Below are positions 18,116-28,708 of a stretch of 64,000 nt of DNA, one piece after another (position 1 is the stretch's first letter; every line of letters starts with the position of its first letter). The translations under genes were made by a program, and so were the position numbers. Origin of the DNA: an uncultured Microthrixaceae bacterium (GTDB lineage: Bacteria > Actinomycetota > Acidimicrobiia > Acidimicrobiales > Acidimicrobilacustridaceae); contig CAVZAT010000004.1 in the NCBI GenBank assembly GCA_963773335.1, positions 1,667,785-1,731,784 on the forward strand. The letters run 5' to 3'. The notes below the pieces were generated by a model that made no database searches, had not been told where the DNA came from, and saw only the letters and a list, made by a program, of their open reading frames with translations.

Positions 18116-19564
18116 ATGAGCGACGAGCTGTCCCGCCGAACCTTCCTGGCCGGCCTGGGGGCGGCTTCGGGGTTGGCCGCGGCCGGTCTGTCCGCCACCG
18201 CAGCAGGAGCCACCAACATCCCCGGCCACACCGGCCAGCCCGGTGACCGCCCGTACCCACGCCATCCCGAGGGCACCGAGTTCCTGCCCCGCATCCAACA
18301 CATCATCATCTACATGCAGGAGAACCACTCCTACGACTCGTACTACGGGATGTTGCCCCGCGGCGACGGGTACACCCTGCACAAGGGCTTGCCCCAGAAC
18401 CACAACCCGCTATCGCCCACCCGGAACCTGAAACCGTTCCACGCCCCCGACACCTGCCAGCTGGGCCAGGGCGTGTCCCAGAACTGGGCCAACACCCACG
18501 CCCAGATCGACAACGGGCGCATGGACGGCTTCCTGCTCGGCGGCAACACCAACGCCATGCGCTACTGGGACCAGACCGACATCCCCTTCTACTACTCCCT
18601 GGCCCAGACCTTCCCGATCTGCGACCGCTGGTTCGCCTCGGCGCCGTGTCAGACCTATCCGAACCGCCTGTACCTCCAGGCCGCCACCTGCCAGAGCCTG
18701 ATCTCCACCTCGGCCGACGTGCTCAACCTGCCGCACCCGGCCGGCGGCACCATCTGGGACAAGCTCGACGAATTCGGCATCAGCTGGGCCGACTACGCCT
18801 GGGACCTGCCCGACATCGCCCTGTTCCCCCACACCTACCCAGCCAACGCGTCGCACGTGAAGTCGTTCGACCAGTTCCTCACCGACTGCCGAACGGGCTC
18901 GTTGCCCCACGTGTCGATCGTCAGCCCGGGGATCAACAGCTACACCGAGGAGAACGGGCACGACGTGCAGCTGGGCGAGGCCTACAGCGCGTCGATCATC
19001 AACGCGGTGATGGACAGCCCGGCATGGCCCAAGACCGTCCTGTTCTTCATGTACGACGAGCACGGCGGCTACTACGACCACGTCCCCCCGCCCCCGGCGG
19101 TGCCACCCGACGACATCCTGCCTGCGGTGGCCGCCGCCCCCGGAGCGCCCGACGCCTGGGACACCTACGGGCTGAGGGTGCCTGCCTTCGTCATCTCGCC
19201 CTATGCCAAGCCGAACTACGTGTCGAGCGTGGTGCACGACCACACGTCGGTGCTGCGCTTCATCGAGACCAAGTTCAACCTGGGCGCCCTGACCCGACGA
19301 GACGCCCACGCCGACAACCTGTTCGACTGCTTCGACTTCAGCCATCGCTCGTTCCACGAACCCCCGACGCTGGCCGCACCCGGCCTGCCGGCCTCCGGAA
19401 GCGCGTGCACGCCGAGCATCCCGCCCCCACCCACCCAGCCGGGCCCGGCGAGCGCGGCTGGGGCGGTGGTGAGCGACGTTGCGCGGCCTACGCCCGGTCA
19501 GTCCCACCTCGACCGCCAGGCCCTCCTGACCTACTGGCGCGACCGGGGGCTCCTCCCGGTCTGA
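18116..19564 (+). CDS. Phosphoesterase-family protein (phospholipase C / AcpA-like) with a Tat signal.
   Basis: SRRTFLAGLGAASGLAAAGL twin-arginine signal. IQHIIIYMQENHSYDSYYG motif. 482 aa, intact. Confidence 0.8.
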   Translation: MSDELSRRTFLAGLGAASGLAAAGLSATAAGATNIPGHTGQPGDRPYPRHPEGTEFLPRIQHIIIYMQENHSYDSYYGMLPRGDGYTLHKGLPQNHNPLSPTRNLKPFHAPDTCQLGQGVSQNWANTHAQIDNGRMDGFLLGGNTNAMRYWDQTDIPFYYSLAQTFPICDRWFASAPCQTYPNRLYLQAATCQSLISTSADVLNLPHPAGGTIWDKLDEFGISWADYAWDLPDIALFPHTYPANASHVKSFDQFLTDCRTGSLPHVSIVSPGINSYTEENGHDVQLGEAYSASIINAVMDSPAWPKTVLFFMYDEHGGYYDHVPPPPAVPPDDILPAVAAAPGAPDAWDTYGLRVPAFVISPYAKPNYVSSVVHDHTSVLRFIETKFNLGALTRRDAHADNLFDCFDFSHRSFHEPPTLAAPGLPASGSACTPSIPPPPTQPGPASAAGAVVSDVARPTPGQSHLDRQALLTYWRDRGLLPV

Positions 19565-20008
19565 TCAGCGACCGGTGTGGCCGAATCCGCCCTCACCGCG
19601 CTCGCTGTCGTCGACCAGCGCATCGACCACCTCGAAGATCACGTGCTCGACCTTCTGCACCACGAGCTGGGCGATGCGGTCGCCCCGCTCGACGAGGTGG
19701 TCGATGACCGGGTCGGTGTTGATCAGCAGCACCTTGAGCTCGCCCCGATACCCGCTGTCGATCAGCCCCGGCGTGTTCAGACACGTCACTCCGTGACGCA
19801 GGGCCAACCCGCTGCGGGGCTGCACGAACCCCGCGAAACCCATGGGGATGGCCACGGCCATGCCGGTGGGCATGAGCAGGCGGCCGCCACCACCGGCGAT
19901 GGTGGCCGACTCTCGGGCCACCAAGTCGACGCCGGCGTCCCCCGTCCGGGCGTAGGCGGGGATCGGCAGACCGGGATCCAGGCAAACCAGCGCGACCTCG
20001 AGCATCAC
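19565..20008 (-). CDS. dut: dUTP diphosphatase.
   Basis: PGLIDSGYRGELKVLLIN and GERIAQLVV-type motifs. 147 aa. Confidence 0.9.
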   Translation of the reverse strand: MMLEVALVCLDPGLPIPAYARTGDAGVDLVARESATIAGGGGRLLMPTGMAVAIPMGFAGFVQPRSGLALRHGVTCLNTPGLIDSGYRGELKVLLINTDPVIDHLVERGDRIAQLVVQKVEHVIFEVVDALVDDSERGEGGFGHTGR

Positions 20009-20095
20009 CCGAGCCTAAGGATCACCGAGTCCGGGAGCGAGTCCGGCGGCGACCAGACCTCCATGGGGGCGCGCCGCAACCGTTACCATCGCCGG

Positions 20096-20674
20096 ATGCT
20101 CGCCTGGATGGATCTCGAGATGACCGGTCTGGATCCCTCGCAGCACGTGATCGTGGAGATCGCCACCCTGTTGACCGACGACAACCTCCAGCTCATCGCC
20201 GAAGGGCCGGACCTGGTGGTGCACGCCACCGAGGAACAGCTGTCTCGCATGCCCGAGGTGGTGGTGGCCATGCACACCCGCAGCGGCCTCATCGACCAGA
20301 TCCGGGCCTCCACCGTGAGCGTGGAAGAAGCGGGCGCGCAGACCTTGGCCTTCCTGCGTCAGCACATCCCCGATCCCGGCTCGGTGCCGCTGTGCGGCAA
20401 TTCGATCGGCACCGACCGTCGGTTCCTGTCGATCCACCTGCCCGAGGTGGAGCGCTACCTGCACTACCGATCGGTCGACGTGTCCACCCTCAAGGAGCTG
20501 GCCAAGCGCTGGAACCCGGCCATCCTGGGCGGCGCGCCGCGCAAGGCCGAGGGGCACCGCGCCCTGGACGACATCCGCGAGAGCGTGGCCGAGCTGCGCT
20601 ACTACCGCGACACCTTCATGACCCTGGCTGGACCCAAGCCGACCCCATCCGCGCCGGCGCCTGACCCGACCTGA
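20096..20674 (+). CDS. orn: Oligoribonuclease.
   Basis: WMDLEMTGLDP...GNSIGTDRRFL...HYRSVDVSTLKELAKRW...HRALDDIRESVAELRYYR. The start is ATG 20096 or 20063. Confidence 0.85.
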   Translation: MLAWMDLEMTGLDPSQHVIVEIATLLTDDNLQLIAEGPDLVVHATEEQLSRMPEVVVAMHTRSGLIDQIRASTVSVEEAGAQTLAFLRQHIPDPGSVPLCGNSIGTDRRFLSIHLPEVERYLHYRSVDVSTLKELAKRWNPAILGGAPRKAEGHRALDDIRESVAELRYYRDTFMTLAGPKPTPSAPAPDPT

Positions 20675-20750
20675 CCCGGCGCTCGCCTCCCCCCCGAACT
20701 GGGAGCCTTGCCTTCACCCACCGCACATTCTCTGCCCAGCTCGTCGTAGG

Positions 20751-22241
20751 TCATTCGGTGAGACGGTCGAGCAGGTTGCGGGTGATCTGTTCGATGACGA
20801 CGTCGGGGGGATCGGCCAGGCCCCAGGCCCACTCGGTGGAACCGGCTGTGAAGACCGTGCCCCCCGGCTGGTGGACGCCCATCACGGCGTGGCCGTGCTC
20901 GAGCCGCGACACCCCCTCGGCGCCGTCGTCGCCCAGCACCCGCCAGGCGTGGAACTCGACCTCGGAGCGCTCACCGTCGGCCACCGGACGCACAGATGTG
21001 AGCCGATCGAAGGGGCGGGCCGGAGCCAGGCCGAGGATGGCGAAGTCGGCCGGGGTCCCGTCGGTACCTGTCGGGTACGGCAGCCCGTCGCGCACGGTGA
21101 AGTCGCAGCCGTCGCACTCGTAGCCCACCACCACCGAACCGGCGCCGATCAGGTCGCCGTAGCCGACGTCGGTTCCGGCGAACACCCAGTGTTCGGGTCG
21201 GTAGACCGTGTAGCCACCGGCGCCCGAGGCCACCACCCGGCCGATGCGGTGATACCCGCCCCGGGCGAAGCTGACCCCGGTCATGTGGTTCTCGGGCCGA
21301 CCCACCAGCCGGTCGGACCACAGGGAGGTGAGCCGCTCCGCCTGGTCGGTGCCGAACACGGGATCGGACTCGAACTGCTGCTTGTAGCCCACCATCGTTT
21401 GGCCGTCGTCTTCGAGCCGGACCTGCCAGAAGCTGGTGTTGCCCGACAGGAAGGCGGCATGGCCGCCCGCGGCCACGAACGACTCGACCGCGTCGCGCAT
21501 CGCCCAGGTCCAGTACTCGTCATGGCCCACCGACAGGTACAGGCGCCGACCGTCGAGCAGACCGGGCACCCGCTCCAGGTCGGCGTTGATCGCATAGTCC
21601 AGCTCGTAGCCGTTGGATTCCGCCCAGCGCACGAACTCGAGCTCGGCGTTGGGCCAACCGGCCGAACCGGCCCACTGCGAGTAGCCGTGACCCAACAGGT
21701 AGCGGATGTGGGCCTGCATGGTCGGGTCGGGCGCGTCGACCACGGCCACGCGATCGCCGGGCCCTCGTGGTTTGCGCAGGAGGCCGGGGGCCAGCGGTCG
21801 GGCGAAGGACACCCTGGTGCCGCCGGTGTAGAGGTTGTCGCCCCCGAAATCGTTGTAGGCGTTCCAGGTGTTGGTGGTCAGCACCAGCAGGGGGACCTCG
21901 GGGCGTGGGTGGACGGCGCGCACCACGAAGAAGCCGACGCGCTCCTGTCGGAACTCGGCACCGGCCCGTAGGACCACCTCGTAGTAGCCGGAGCGCCAGT
22001 GCTCGGGTATCTCGAGGGTCGCCGCGTCGGGCCAGCCGCACCCGCCCCCGGCGGCATCGTCGGGCAGCTCGTGAGGGACGAGGTCGATGGTCGTGCTCCA
22101 CACGATCTCGGGCCGAGCCCCGATGCGCACCACCCGCAGCTCGGCGGGCACCGGCGGGCCGGCGGCTCGCAGGCCCACGGTCTGGCCGGCGGTCACCGAC
22201 TGTGGCCACGCGTAGACCCATGGTCCGCTCAGCTCGCTCAT
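20751..22241 (-). CDS. N,N-dimethylformamidase beta-subunit-like family protein, function unknown.
   Basis: LVLTTNTWNAYNDFGGDNLY, YLSVGHDEYWTWAMRDAVESFVAAGGHAAFLSGNTSFWQVR, VGYECDG. 496 aa, intact. Confidence 0.6.
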   Translation of the reverse strand: MSELSGPWVYAWPQSVTAGQTVGLRAAGPPVPAELRVVRIGARPEIVWSTTIDLVPHELPDDAAGGGCGWPDAATLEIPEHWRSGYYEVVLRAGAEFRQERVGFFVVRAVHPRPEVPLLVLTTNTWNAYNDFGGDNLYTGGTRVSFARPLAPGLLRKPRGPGDRVAVVDAPDPTMQAHIRYLLGHGYSQWAGSAGWPNAELEFVRWAESNGYELDYAINADLERVPGLLDGRRLYLSVGHDEYWTWAMRDAVESFVAAGGHAAFLSGNTSFWQVRLEDDGQTMVGYKQQFESDPVFGTDQAERLTSLWSDRLVGRPENHMTGVSFARGGYHRIGRVVASGAGGYTVYRPEHWVFAGTDVGYGDLIGAGSVVVGYECDGCDFTVRDGLPYPTGTDGTPADFAILGLAPARPFDRLTSVRPVADGERSEVEFHAWRVLGDDGAEGVSRLEHGHAVMGVHQPGGTVFTAGSTEWAWGLADPPDVVIEQITRNLLDRLTE

Positions 22242-22316
22242 GGCCGGCGATGGTAGCCAGGCGATCCGGCCCGCCGAGGGTGCAAGTTGACCGGTCGGTC
22301 AAGTTATGGTGGACGA

Positions 22317-23375
22317 ATGCCTGAGCGCGTCCCCAAACAGGAGCAGGAGCAGGCCACCGAGGAGATCACCGAAGTGGCGCCCGGCATCCTGCGGTTGCAG
22401 CTGCCCATCCTGCTGCCCGGGCTGGGCCATGTGAACACCTACGCCATCGAGGATGGTGACGGCTTCGCTCTGGTCGATCCCGGGCTGCCGGGCGAGGCGT
22501 CCTGGAAGTCGCTGCTGGCCCGCATGGACTCGGCCGGCATCCCCATGAACCGGGTGCACCACGTGATCGTGACCCACTCGCACCCCGACCATTTCGGCGG
22601 AGCCGGGATGCTGGCCCACGAGAGCGGGGCCGAGGTGGTGGCCTCCAGCTCGTTCCGCACCTGGTACGACCCCACCGAGGAGGCGGGCGAGCCCCAGCTC
22701 GACTGGCGCCAGAACGACGAGGCGGATGAGGCCTTCATCGCTCGCTTCGAGCACCCCACGCCCTGGGGCGGCGACGCCGGCAAGCTCAAGGACGCCGAGC
22801 GCGCCAGCTTCCTGGCCCGCCGCAAGGAGGTGCGCACCTGGTTCCGACCGCCGCGACCGTCGGTGCACGTGGACGACGCCGACCACCTCAGGCTGGGCCG
22901 CCACGACTGGGTCGGGGTGTACACCCCGGGACACACCAACGACCACCTCTGCCTGTTCGACGCCGAATCCGGCATCCTCATCTCCGGCGACCACGTGCTG
23001 CCCACCATCACGCCCCACATCTCGGGGTTGATCGAGGGCGACCCGCTGCGGGCCTACCTCGACTCGCTCGACAAGGTCGCGGCCTTCCAGGGCGTCAACC
23101 AGGTGCTGCCGGCCCACGGCCATCCCTTCACCGATCTGGCCGGTCGGGTCGAGGCCATCAAAGAGCACCACGCCGAGCGTCTGGCTGCCCTGCGAGAGGC
23201 GTCCCGGGAGCGAGGCTGGTCCACCGTCACCGACCTGATGCGGGCCCTGTTCCGGGAGCGCTCGTGGGGCCACATGGCCGAGAGCGAGACCTTCGCTCAC
23301 CTCGAGCACCTGCGCCTGCTGGGCCAGGCCGAACGCCGCGAAGAGGGCGGCTACCTCTTGTACCTGGCCAACTAG
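22317..23375 (+). CDS. MBL-fold metallo-hydrolase.
   Basis: VIVTHSHPDHFGG motif. Intact. Confidence 0.85.
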   Translation: MPERVPKQEQEQATEEITEVAPGILRLQLPILLPGLGHVNTYAIEDGDGFALVDPGLPGEASWKSLLARMDSAGIPMNRVHHVIVTHSHPDHFGGAGMLAHESGAEVVASSSFRTWYDPTEEAGEPQLDWRQNDEADEAFIARFEHPTPWGGDAGKLKDAERASFLARRKEVRTWFRPPRPSVHVDDADHLRLGRHDWVGVYTPGHTNDHLCLFDAESGILISGDHVLPTITPHISGLIEGDPLRAYLDSLDKVAAFQGVNQVLPAHGHPFTDLAGRVEAIKEHHAERLAALREASRERGWSTVTDLMRALFRERSWGHMAESETFAHLEHLRLLGQAERREEGGYLLYLAN

Positions 23376-23443
23376 CCTGCTTCGCCGTCCGAGGGTAACG
23401 GCGTGACCGGCTGCACCCCGTTCCGCCGCGTCGACCGATCAAC

Positions 23444-24325
23444 TCAGGTCGCACTCCACTTGCCGTCGAGGGAACGGCCCTTGGCCTTGCCCTCCTTGGC
23501 CAGCTTCAGCAGGTGGGCGTGCACGGTGCGCTTGGCCACCGGGTGCAGCTCCGGGATGACGTCGACGTAGATCACCTCGACCAGGTCGTCGATCTTGGCC
23601 GTCCCCGAGGTGGTCAGCAGCTCGAGGATCTGGGCCTCACGCGCTCGACGGTGCTCGATGTAGTCGTCGATGGCGGCCCGAGGGTCTTCGATCAGGTGGC
23701 CATGACCCGGCGCGATCGATCGCAGACGCAGTCCCCGCACCGTGGCCAGCGAGTCGAGGTAGTGGGTCATGTTGCCGTCGGGCGGGCTGATGACCACGGT
23801 CGAGCCCTCCATGATGTGGTCACCCGAGAACAACATGCGCTCCTCCTCGAGCAGGAAGCACAGGTGGTTCGACGCGTGGCCCGGCGTGTGGATGGCCTGG
23901 AGGCGGAACTCGGTGGCCTCGATCACGATGCCCGAACGGATCTTGGCGTCGATCTCGAGACCGTCGCGGGCGTCGAAGGCCAGGACCTCGGCACCGGTGC
24001 GAGCCTTGAGGCCGGCGGCACCCGGCGAATGGTCGGGATGGGTGTGCGTGCACACGATCCAACGGATGCGATCCCCGCCGCAGCCGGCAATGGCATCGAG
24101 GTGGGTGTCGTCGTCGGGACCCGGATCGATGACCGCGATCTCGTCGATGCCGACCAGGTAGGTGTTGGTGCCCGGACCGGTCATGATGCCGGGGTTGGGG
24201 GCGACGATGCGGCGCACCAACGGGCTCAGGGCGCGGGCCACCCCTGGCACCAACGGCGGTGGCGCCGGGGCTTCGGCGTCGGGATCGACCGGCTCAGGCG
24301 CTTTCCGCCGGGGCATGGCGGGCAC
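23444..24325 (-). CDS. MBL-fold metallo-hydrolase.
   Basis: IVCTHTHPDHSPG motif and a C-terminal winged-helix-like tail. Intact. Confidence 0.85.
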   Translation of the reverse strand: MPAMPRRKAPEPVDPDAEAPAPPPLVPGVARALSPLVRRIVAPNPGIMTGPGTNTYLVGIDEIAVIDPGPDDDTHLDAIAGCGGDRIRWIVCTHTHPDHSPGAAGLKARTGAEVLAFDARDGLEIDAKIRSGIVIEATEFRLQAIHTPGHASNHLCFLLEEERMLFSGDHIMEGSTVVISPPDGNMTHYLDSLATVRGLRLRSIAPGHGHLIEDPRAAIDDYIEHRRAREAQILELLTTSGTAKIDDLVEVIYVDVIPELHPVAKRTVHAHLLKLAKEGKAKGRSLDGKWSAT

Positions 24326-25262
24326 CTCCGGAGCTCGTGTGGGAGCCGCGCTCGGCCTCCGGGGACCCCGGCAGGGTGACCACCGATCCGGACAGCGAGG
24401 TCAGGGGCAGGCCGTCGGGCAGCACCGCCGTCATCAGGTCGTCGTAGCCGGGGTCGCCCGGCAACACGATGCGAACCCCGCCGCCCTCGTCCTCCACGAT
24501 GCGGGGCAGGACCCCGGGGATCTGCCCGATGGCTGCGGCGTGGGCCATCAGCTCGTCAGCCGTGTCGAAGCGCTCGAGGGCGATCAAGGTGCGCACCGTC
24601 GGGAGGATCATCTCGAACTCGCCGGCCCGGTTGGCGGCCAGCGCGTCACCAGGACGGATCCACAGGTTGGCGATCACCTCGCGGTCGTCGTGGATCGGCA
24701 CCTGGGCGTCGGGCGCCCGGGCCACGAAGAACCGGGTGTCGTAACGACGGCTGGGACCCTCGGGGGTGATCCAGTGGGCGAAGTAGTACATCGAGTCGAC
24801 GGCCAGGCGCAGGCCCTCCAGTTGACAGACCTCGACCAGGCGCCGCTCGCCCCGGTCGACCGCTCGTCGGTGCTCGGCGAAACGCTCGACGGTGGCCGGG
24901 TCCTCCAGGCGGATCAGCCCGTCGTGGCCGTGGTCGTGGCCGTCGTAGGCCAGCAGCACGCCGGCCTCCTCGAACGATTCACGGATGGCCGCCACCCAGA
25001 AGGCGAGGCCGCCAGCCGGCACCCCGAGCTGGTCGGAGGCATCGGCATCGCGTCGTCCCTGGCACACCGACTCCAGGTCGGCGTAGCGATCGTGGTCGTC
25101 GACGCCACCACCGGGGAAGACGTAGGCGCCGCCCACGAAGTCGGACCGCAGGTTGCGGCGCAACATGAACACCTCGAGCCCGCCGGGATGGCCGCTGGCC
25201 CGATCCGGCGGGGCGTCGCGCACCAACATGACGGTGGCGGCGTCACGGACCGGGACCTCCAT
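24294..25262 (-). CDS. NUDIX-family hydrolase.
   Basis: VFPGGGVDDHD...AAIRESFEEAG Nudix-box-like segment. 322 aa. Confidence 0.7.
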   Translation of the reverse strand: MEVPVRDAATVMLVRDAPPDRASGHPGGLEVFMLRRNLRSDFVGGAYVFPGGGVDDHDRYADLESVCQGRRDADASDQLGVPAGGLAFWVAAIRESFEEAGVLLAYDGHDHGHDGLIRLEDPATVERFAEHRRAVDRGERRLVEVCQLEGLRLAVDSMYYFAHWITPEGPSRRYDTRFFVARAPDAQVPIHDDREVIANLWIRPGDALAANRAGEFEMILPTVRTLIALERFDTADELMAHAAAIGQIPGVLPRIVEDEGGGVRIVLPGDPGYDDLMTAVLPDGLPLTSLSGSVVTLPGSPEAERGSHTSSGGARHAPAESA

Positions 25263-25816
25263 CAGGACCCCAGCTCAGGCGGTCGGTCGCCCACCGCGCC
25301 GGGTGGGCGGGACGAGCCGGGCTCGGTCCAGGGTCGCCCCTCGACGTCGATCGGCGCGCCGTAGCCCGCGGACCCGAAACCCGCCGATCCGAACGGAGCA
25401 CCGAACGAATCGGTCTCGAAGCCGACCGAGTAGGCGACCATGCGGGCCTGGGCCCGCTCGGCCCTCCGACGGATTCGGGCCTGCACGAGCGGGCGCAGCA
25501 CCGAGCGCACGGGGGGCACCATCAGCAGGAGCCCCACGAAGGTGCTGATGAAGCCGGGCACGAACATGAGCAGACCGCCCACCGAGATGAGCAGCCCGTC
25601 GACGGCGTCGTCGGCCGGCAACTGGCCGTGGTCGACCGAGATCTGCATCCGGCGCAGCACGCCGAGGCCCTCGACCTTGGTCAGCCAGGCTCCAGCGATG
25701 CTGCTGAGCACCAAGAAGGCCAGCGTGGGCAGCCATCCGACGACGCCGGCCACGGTCACGATGACGTAGAGCTCCACCACGGGAGCCACCACGAACAACA
25801 GGATCAACCAGGCCAC
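25262..25816 (-). CDS. fxsA: FxsA-family membrane protein.
   Basis: LILLFVVAPVVELYVIVTVA...GAWLTKVEG...LLMFVPGFISTFVGLLLMVPPVR. GTG start at 25816. Confidence 0.8.
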   Translation of the reverse strand: MAWLILLFVVAPVVELYVIVTVAGVVGWLPTLAFLVLSSIAGAWLTKVEGLGVLRRMQISVDHGQLPADDAVDGLLISVGGLLMFVPGFISTFVGLLLMVPPVRSVLRPLVQARIRRRAERAQARMVAYSVGFETDSFGAPFGSAGFGSAGYGAPIDVEGRPWTEPGSSRPPGAVGDRPPELGS

Positions 25817-25977
25817 GAGGTCCAGCCTACCGGGACCGTCCTCGACTGGCCCGGGCGGGGCCCCAGCCCGAGCGTCGGCGGGCCGGGTCCGAACGCGACC
25901 ACGCGCGCCCGAAGGGCGCGCGTCGTGGCGCTCGCGCGAGCGCCCACCCCCCCGGTGTGGGCGCCGCTCGGCGAGAC

Positions 25978-26247
25978 CTATCCCGCTCGCTGCGTCATCA
26001 GATGCTTCCGCTCGACCTCGTTCAGGCCGCCCCAGATGCCGTGCGGTTCGCGGATGCTGAGGGCGTATTCGAGGCAGTCCTTCTTCACCCCACAGCTGGC
26101 GCAGATGTCCTTGGCGCGAGCCTCTCGTTCGAGCTTCTCGTCCTTGCGCTCGAACTGGGGCGGGGGAAAGAACACCGCAGCCTGGGGTCCGCGGCACGCC
26201 GCTTTGACCTGCCAGGAATCGTCAATTCGCTGAGCACTCAACGTCAC
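25978..26247 (-). CDS. WhiB-family transcriptional regulator.
   Basis: WQVKAACRG...FFPP...AKDICASCGVKKDCLEYAL...GIWGGLNEVER. Four Cys plus the GIWGG turn. GGGGGA lies just upstream of GTG 26247. Confidence 0.88.
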   Translation of the reverse strand: MTLSAQRIDDSWQVKAACRGPQAAVFFPPPQFERKDEKLEREARAKDICASCGVKKDCLEYALSIREPHGIWGGLNEVERKHLMTQRAG

Positions 26248-26379
26248 TCCCCCTTTCGTGTCCGACCCTACAACCGCCGATTTCGCTCCCACAAGGGGTG
26301 AACTTTTGTATGCGCTCTGCGAGATATCGCGACCAAGGCCTGCTCAGGCCAGGTGGGACAAGAAGCAGCGAGCAAGAGG

Positions 26380-27752
26380 TCAGCGGCGGCGATAGTCGCG
26401 GGCCGCACCCTCCTCGGGCTCGACCTCGAGCACCAGGCCCTCGATGCCCACCACCCGTACCCGATCCAGCTCCTCGATGGGTGTGGCCCGGTTGGTGTAC
26501 GCCCGCCACAGCGCGTCGCGCACCTGGACCGTGCCGTCAGGCGAGATGGGCGTCACCGCCCGGCCGAACTCGCCGATCATCCACTCGCGCCCGATGGTGG
26601 GGGTGGAGAACCGTGTGCGCACCATTGCGGGCATGGCGGTCAGGAAGGTGAGGGCCACGCCGATGAAGGCCACGCCCAGCGTGATCCACGACAATGAGAC
26701 GCCGTCGTAGAGCAGCAGCGAGCCGATCACGAACGCCACCCCACCCGCCGCCGTCCAGAACCGGGGCACGCCGGTCTGGACGTCGATGGCGAACGCGATC
26801 ATCGAGGCCACCAGCAACACGATGCCCACCGTGCGGGTGGGCAGCACGGCCAGCCCATAGCAGGCCAGGATGAACGATCCGGCACCCACCACGCCGGCCA
26901 CGCCGACGCCGGCGGTGAACAGGTCGAAGATCAGCAGGGCCAGGCCCACGGCCAGCAGCAGGTAGGCCACGGCCGGGCTGGCCACGGTGTGGAACAGCTG
27001 CTCGACCAGGGACAACTCGCTGAACTGCACCTGGGTGATGGGTTCGAGGCGACGTTCGTGGCCCACGCGTCACCGTCCTGGTGGCCACGCCCGGCAGGCG
27101 GACGATGAAGTCGCCCAGAGTGGGGGCGTAGGTGGTGGTGACGCCCAGCTTGGTGGCCGCGCTCTGACCCACGGTGCGGTCGCGCAGCACCACCGGCAGG
27201 CGGGCCGAGTTGAGGACCACGCCAGGTACCGGCGGTCCGCTGTTGCCCACACTGGTACCCGGTGCCATGCCCACCTTCGAGGAGACGCCCAGCATCTGCG
27301 CGGCCATGGCCCGTCAGACGCGACCCGCTCGGCCCGATCCAGATGTCCACGGGCACCGATGACCGTTGCATCAGGCGCAGCAAGTCGACGAACGTGTCCT
27401 GGCTGACCACCACCCCGTTGGCGTTGGTCTGCAACACGATGGCCTTGGCCTTGGCCGCCTCGGCGTCGCGCACCGCGCGGGACAGGGCGTTGACCATCAC
27501 CGGATCGAGCAGGCCGCTGACCTTGAACACGGCCACATATCCCGCGGCGGTGCCCGAGCCGGTGGCCGGGATGGCCGCCCCGGCCCCGACCGCCGAGGCC
27601 CCCAGCGTGGCCGCGAACACGGCCGCGCCGAGCGGCAGCAGGGCCAACCAGGCGCGCCGGAGAGACCGGGACCTCAGGGCTGGGGTGGGTAGTGTGCGAC
27701 GCACGGGCCTCCGAAGGGAAAAGCTTGGATCCTGCGCAGTTCTTCGCAGCAT
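26380..27752 (-). pseudogene. NfeD-family membrane-bound ClpP-class protease, with two frame breaks near 27065 and 27308.
   Basis: Three consecutive ORFs in three frames: 26931..27752 (signal plus ClpP-like N-terminus), 26537..27307 (MAPGTSVGNSGP...) and 26380..27066 (multi-TM region plus C-terminal OB/NfeD domain). Confidence 0.7.
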
Positions 27753-28708
27753 CTCGCGTCGTCATCGTGGCCGGGAAGGGCGGTGTGGGCAAGACGACGG
27801 TCAGCGCCGCGCTGGCCCGGGCCGCGGCGCGGGTCGGCTTGTCCGCCCTGATCATCGAGGTCGAGGGCAAGAGCGGCCTGGCCTCGCTGTTCGGGCAGCC
27901 CCCGTTCGACTACAGCGAGGTGGTGCTCTCCCCCGGGGGGGGCCGTGACGGCTCGGCCGACGTCTCGGCCCGCACCCTCACCCCTGACGACGCGCTCATC
28001 GAGTACCTCCAGGACCACGGGATGAGCCGCATTTCGCGCCGGTTGGCCAGCACGGGTGCGGTGGACATGGTGGCCACCGCCGCGCCGGGCATCAAGGACA
28101 TCCTCATCCTGGGCAAGGTCAAACAGCTCGAACAGCGGCGCCGCGCCGACCTCATCGTGCTCGACGCCCCCGCCGCCGGACATGCCATCAGCTTCCTGCG
28201 CTCCGCGCGGGGTCTGCTCGACGCGGTCAAGGTCGGCCCCATCAACACCCAGGCCCGCGACGTGCTCGACCTGCTCACCGACCCGGCCCGGTGCCAGGTG
28301 ATGCTGGTGACCCTGCCCGAGGAGACACCGGTCAACGAGCTGATCGAGACGGCCTACAGCCTGGAGGACGAGGTCGGCGTCAGCCTGGGGCCGGTGGTGG
28401 TCAACGGCCGCTACCCGGATCTGGACGGACTCGACCGATCGCCCGAGGAGGCGGCGGCGCAGGCCGAGGTGGCGCTCAAGCCCGGGGAGGCGCAGGCCCT
28501 GACCGCGGCCGCCGCCTTCCGCCGCCACCGGATGGAGCTCCAGGCCTCGCAGGTGGCCCGGCTGGCCGAGGTGCTGCCCCTCCCCCAGCTGTCGTTGCCC
28601 TACCTGTTCGAGGCTGACCTGGGTCCGACGCATGTCGAGCTGTTGGCCGAGACCCTCCTCGAGGGCGTCGCGGGCCTCGACACCCTGGTGGCGGGGGCCG
28701 AACCGTGA
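27692..28708 (+). CDS. ArsA/Get3-family ATPase, first of a pair.
   Basis: VVIVAGKGGVGKTTVSAALA P-loop. Overlaps the next gene (GTGA). The start may lie downstream of 27692. Confidence 0.8.
   Translation: MCDARASEGKSLDPAQFFAASRVVIVAGKGGVGKTTVSAALARAAARVGLSALIIEVEGKSGLASLFGQPPFDYSEVVLSPGGGRDGSADVSARTLTPDDALIEYLQDHGMSRISRRLASTGAVDMVATAAPGIKDILILGKVKQLEQRRRADLIVLDAPAAGHAISFLRSARGLLDAVKVGPINTQARDVLDLLTDPARCQVMLVTLPEETPVNELIETAYSLEDEVGVSLGPVVVNGRYPDLDGLDRSPEEAAAQAEVALKPGEAQALTAAAAFRRHRMELQASQVARLAEVLPLPQLSLPYLFEADLGPTHVELLAETLLEGVAGLDTLVAGAEP

Noticed and set aside
19562-19567. TGATCA, where the stop codons of the convergent phosphoesterase and dut genes abut with zero intergenic distance.
   Set aside because: It is a curiosity only. 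Convergent genes sharing a palindromic stop pair are common in compact genomes. No hairpin or other structure is seen.
26248-26380. A possible CRP-type site in the relatively AT-rich whiB upstream region (GGTGAACTTTTGTATG).
   Set aside because: Only one half-site-like TGA/TCA element is present, with no convincing TGTGA-N6-TCACA dyad on either strand.
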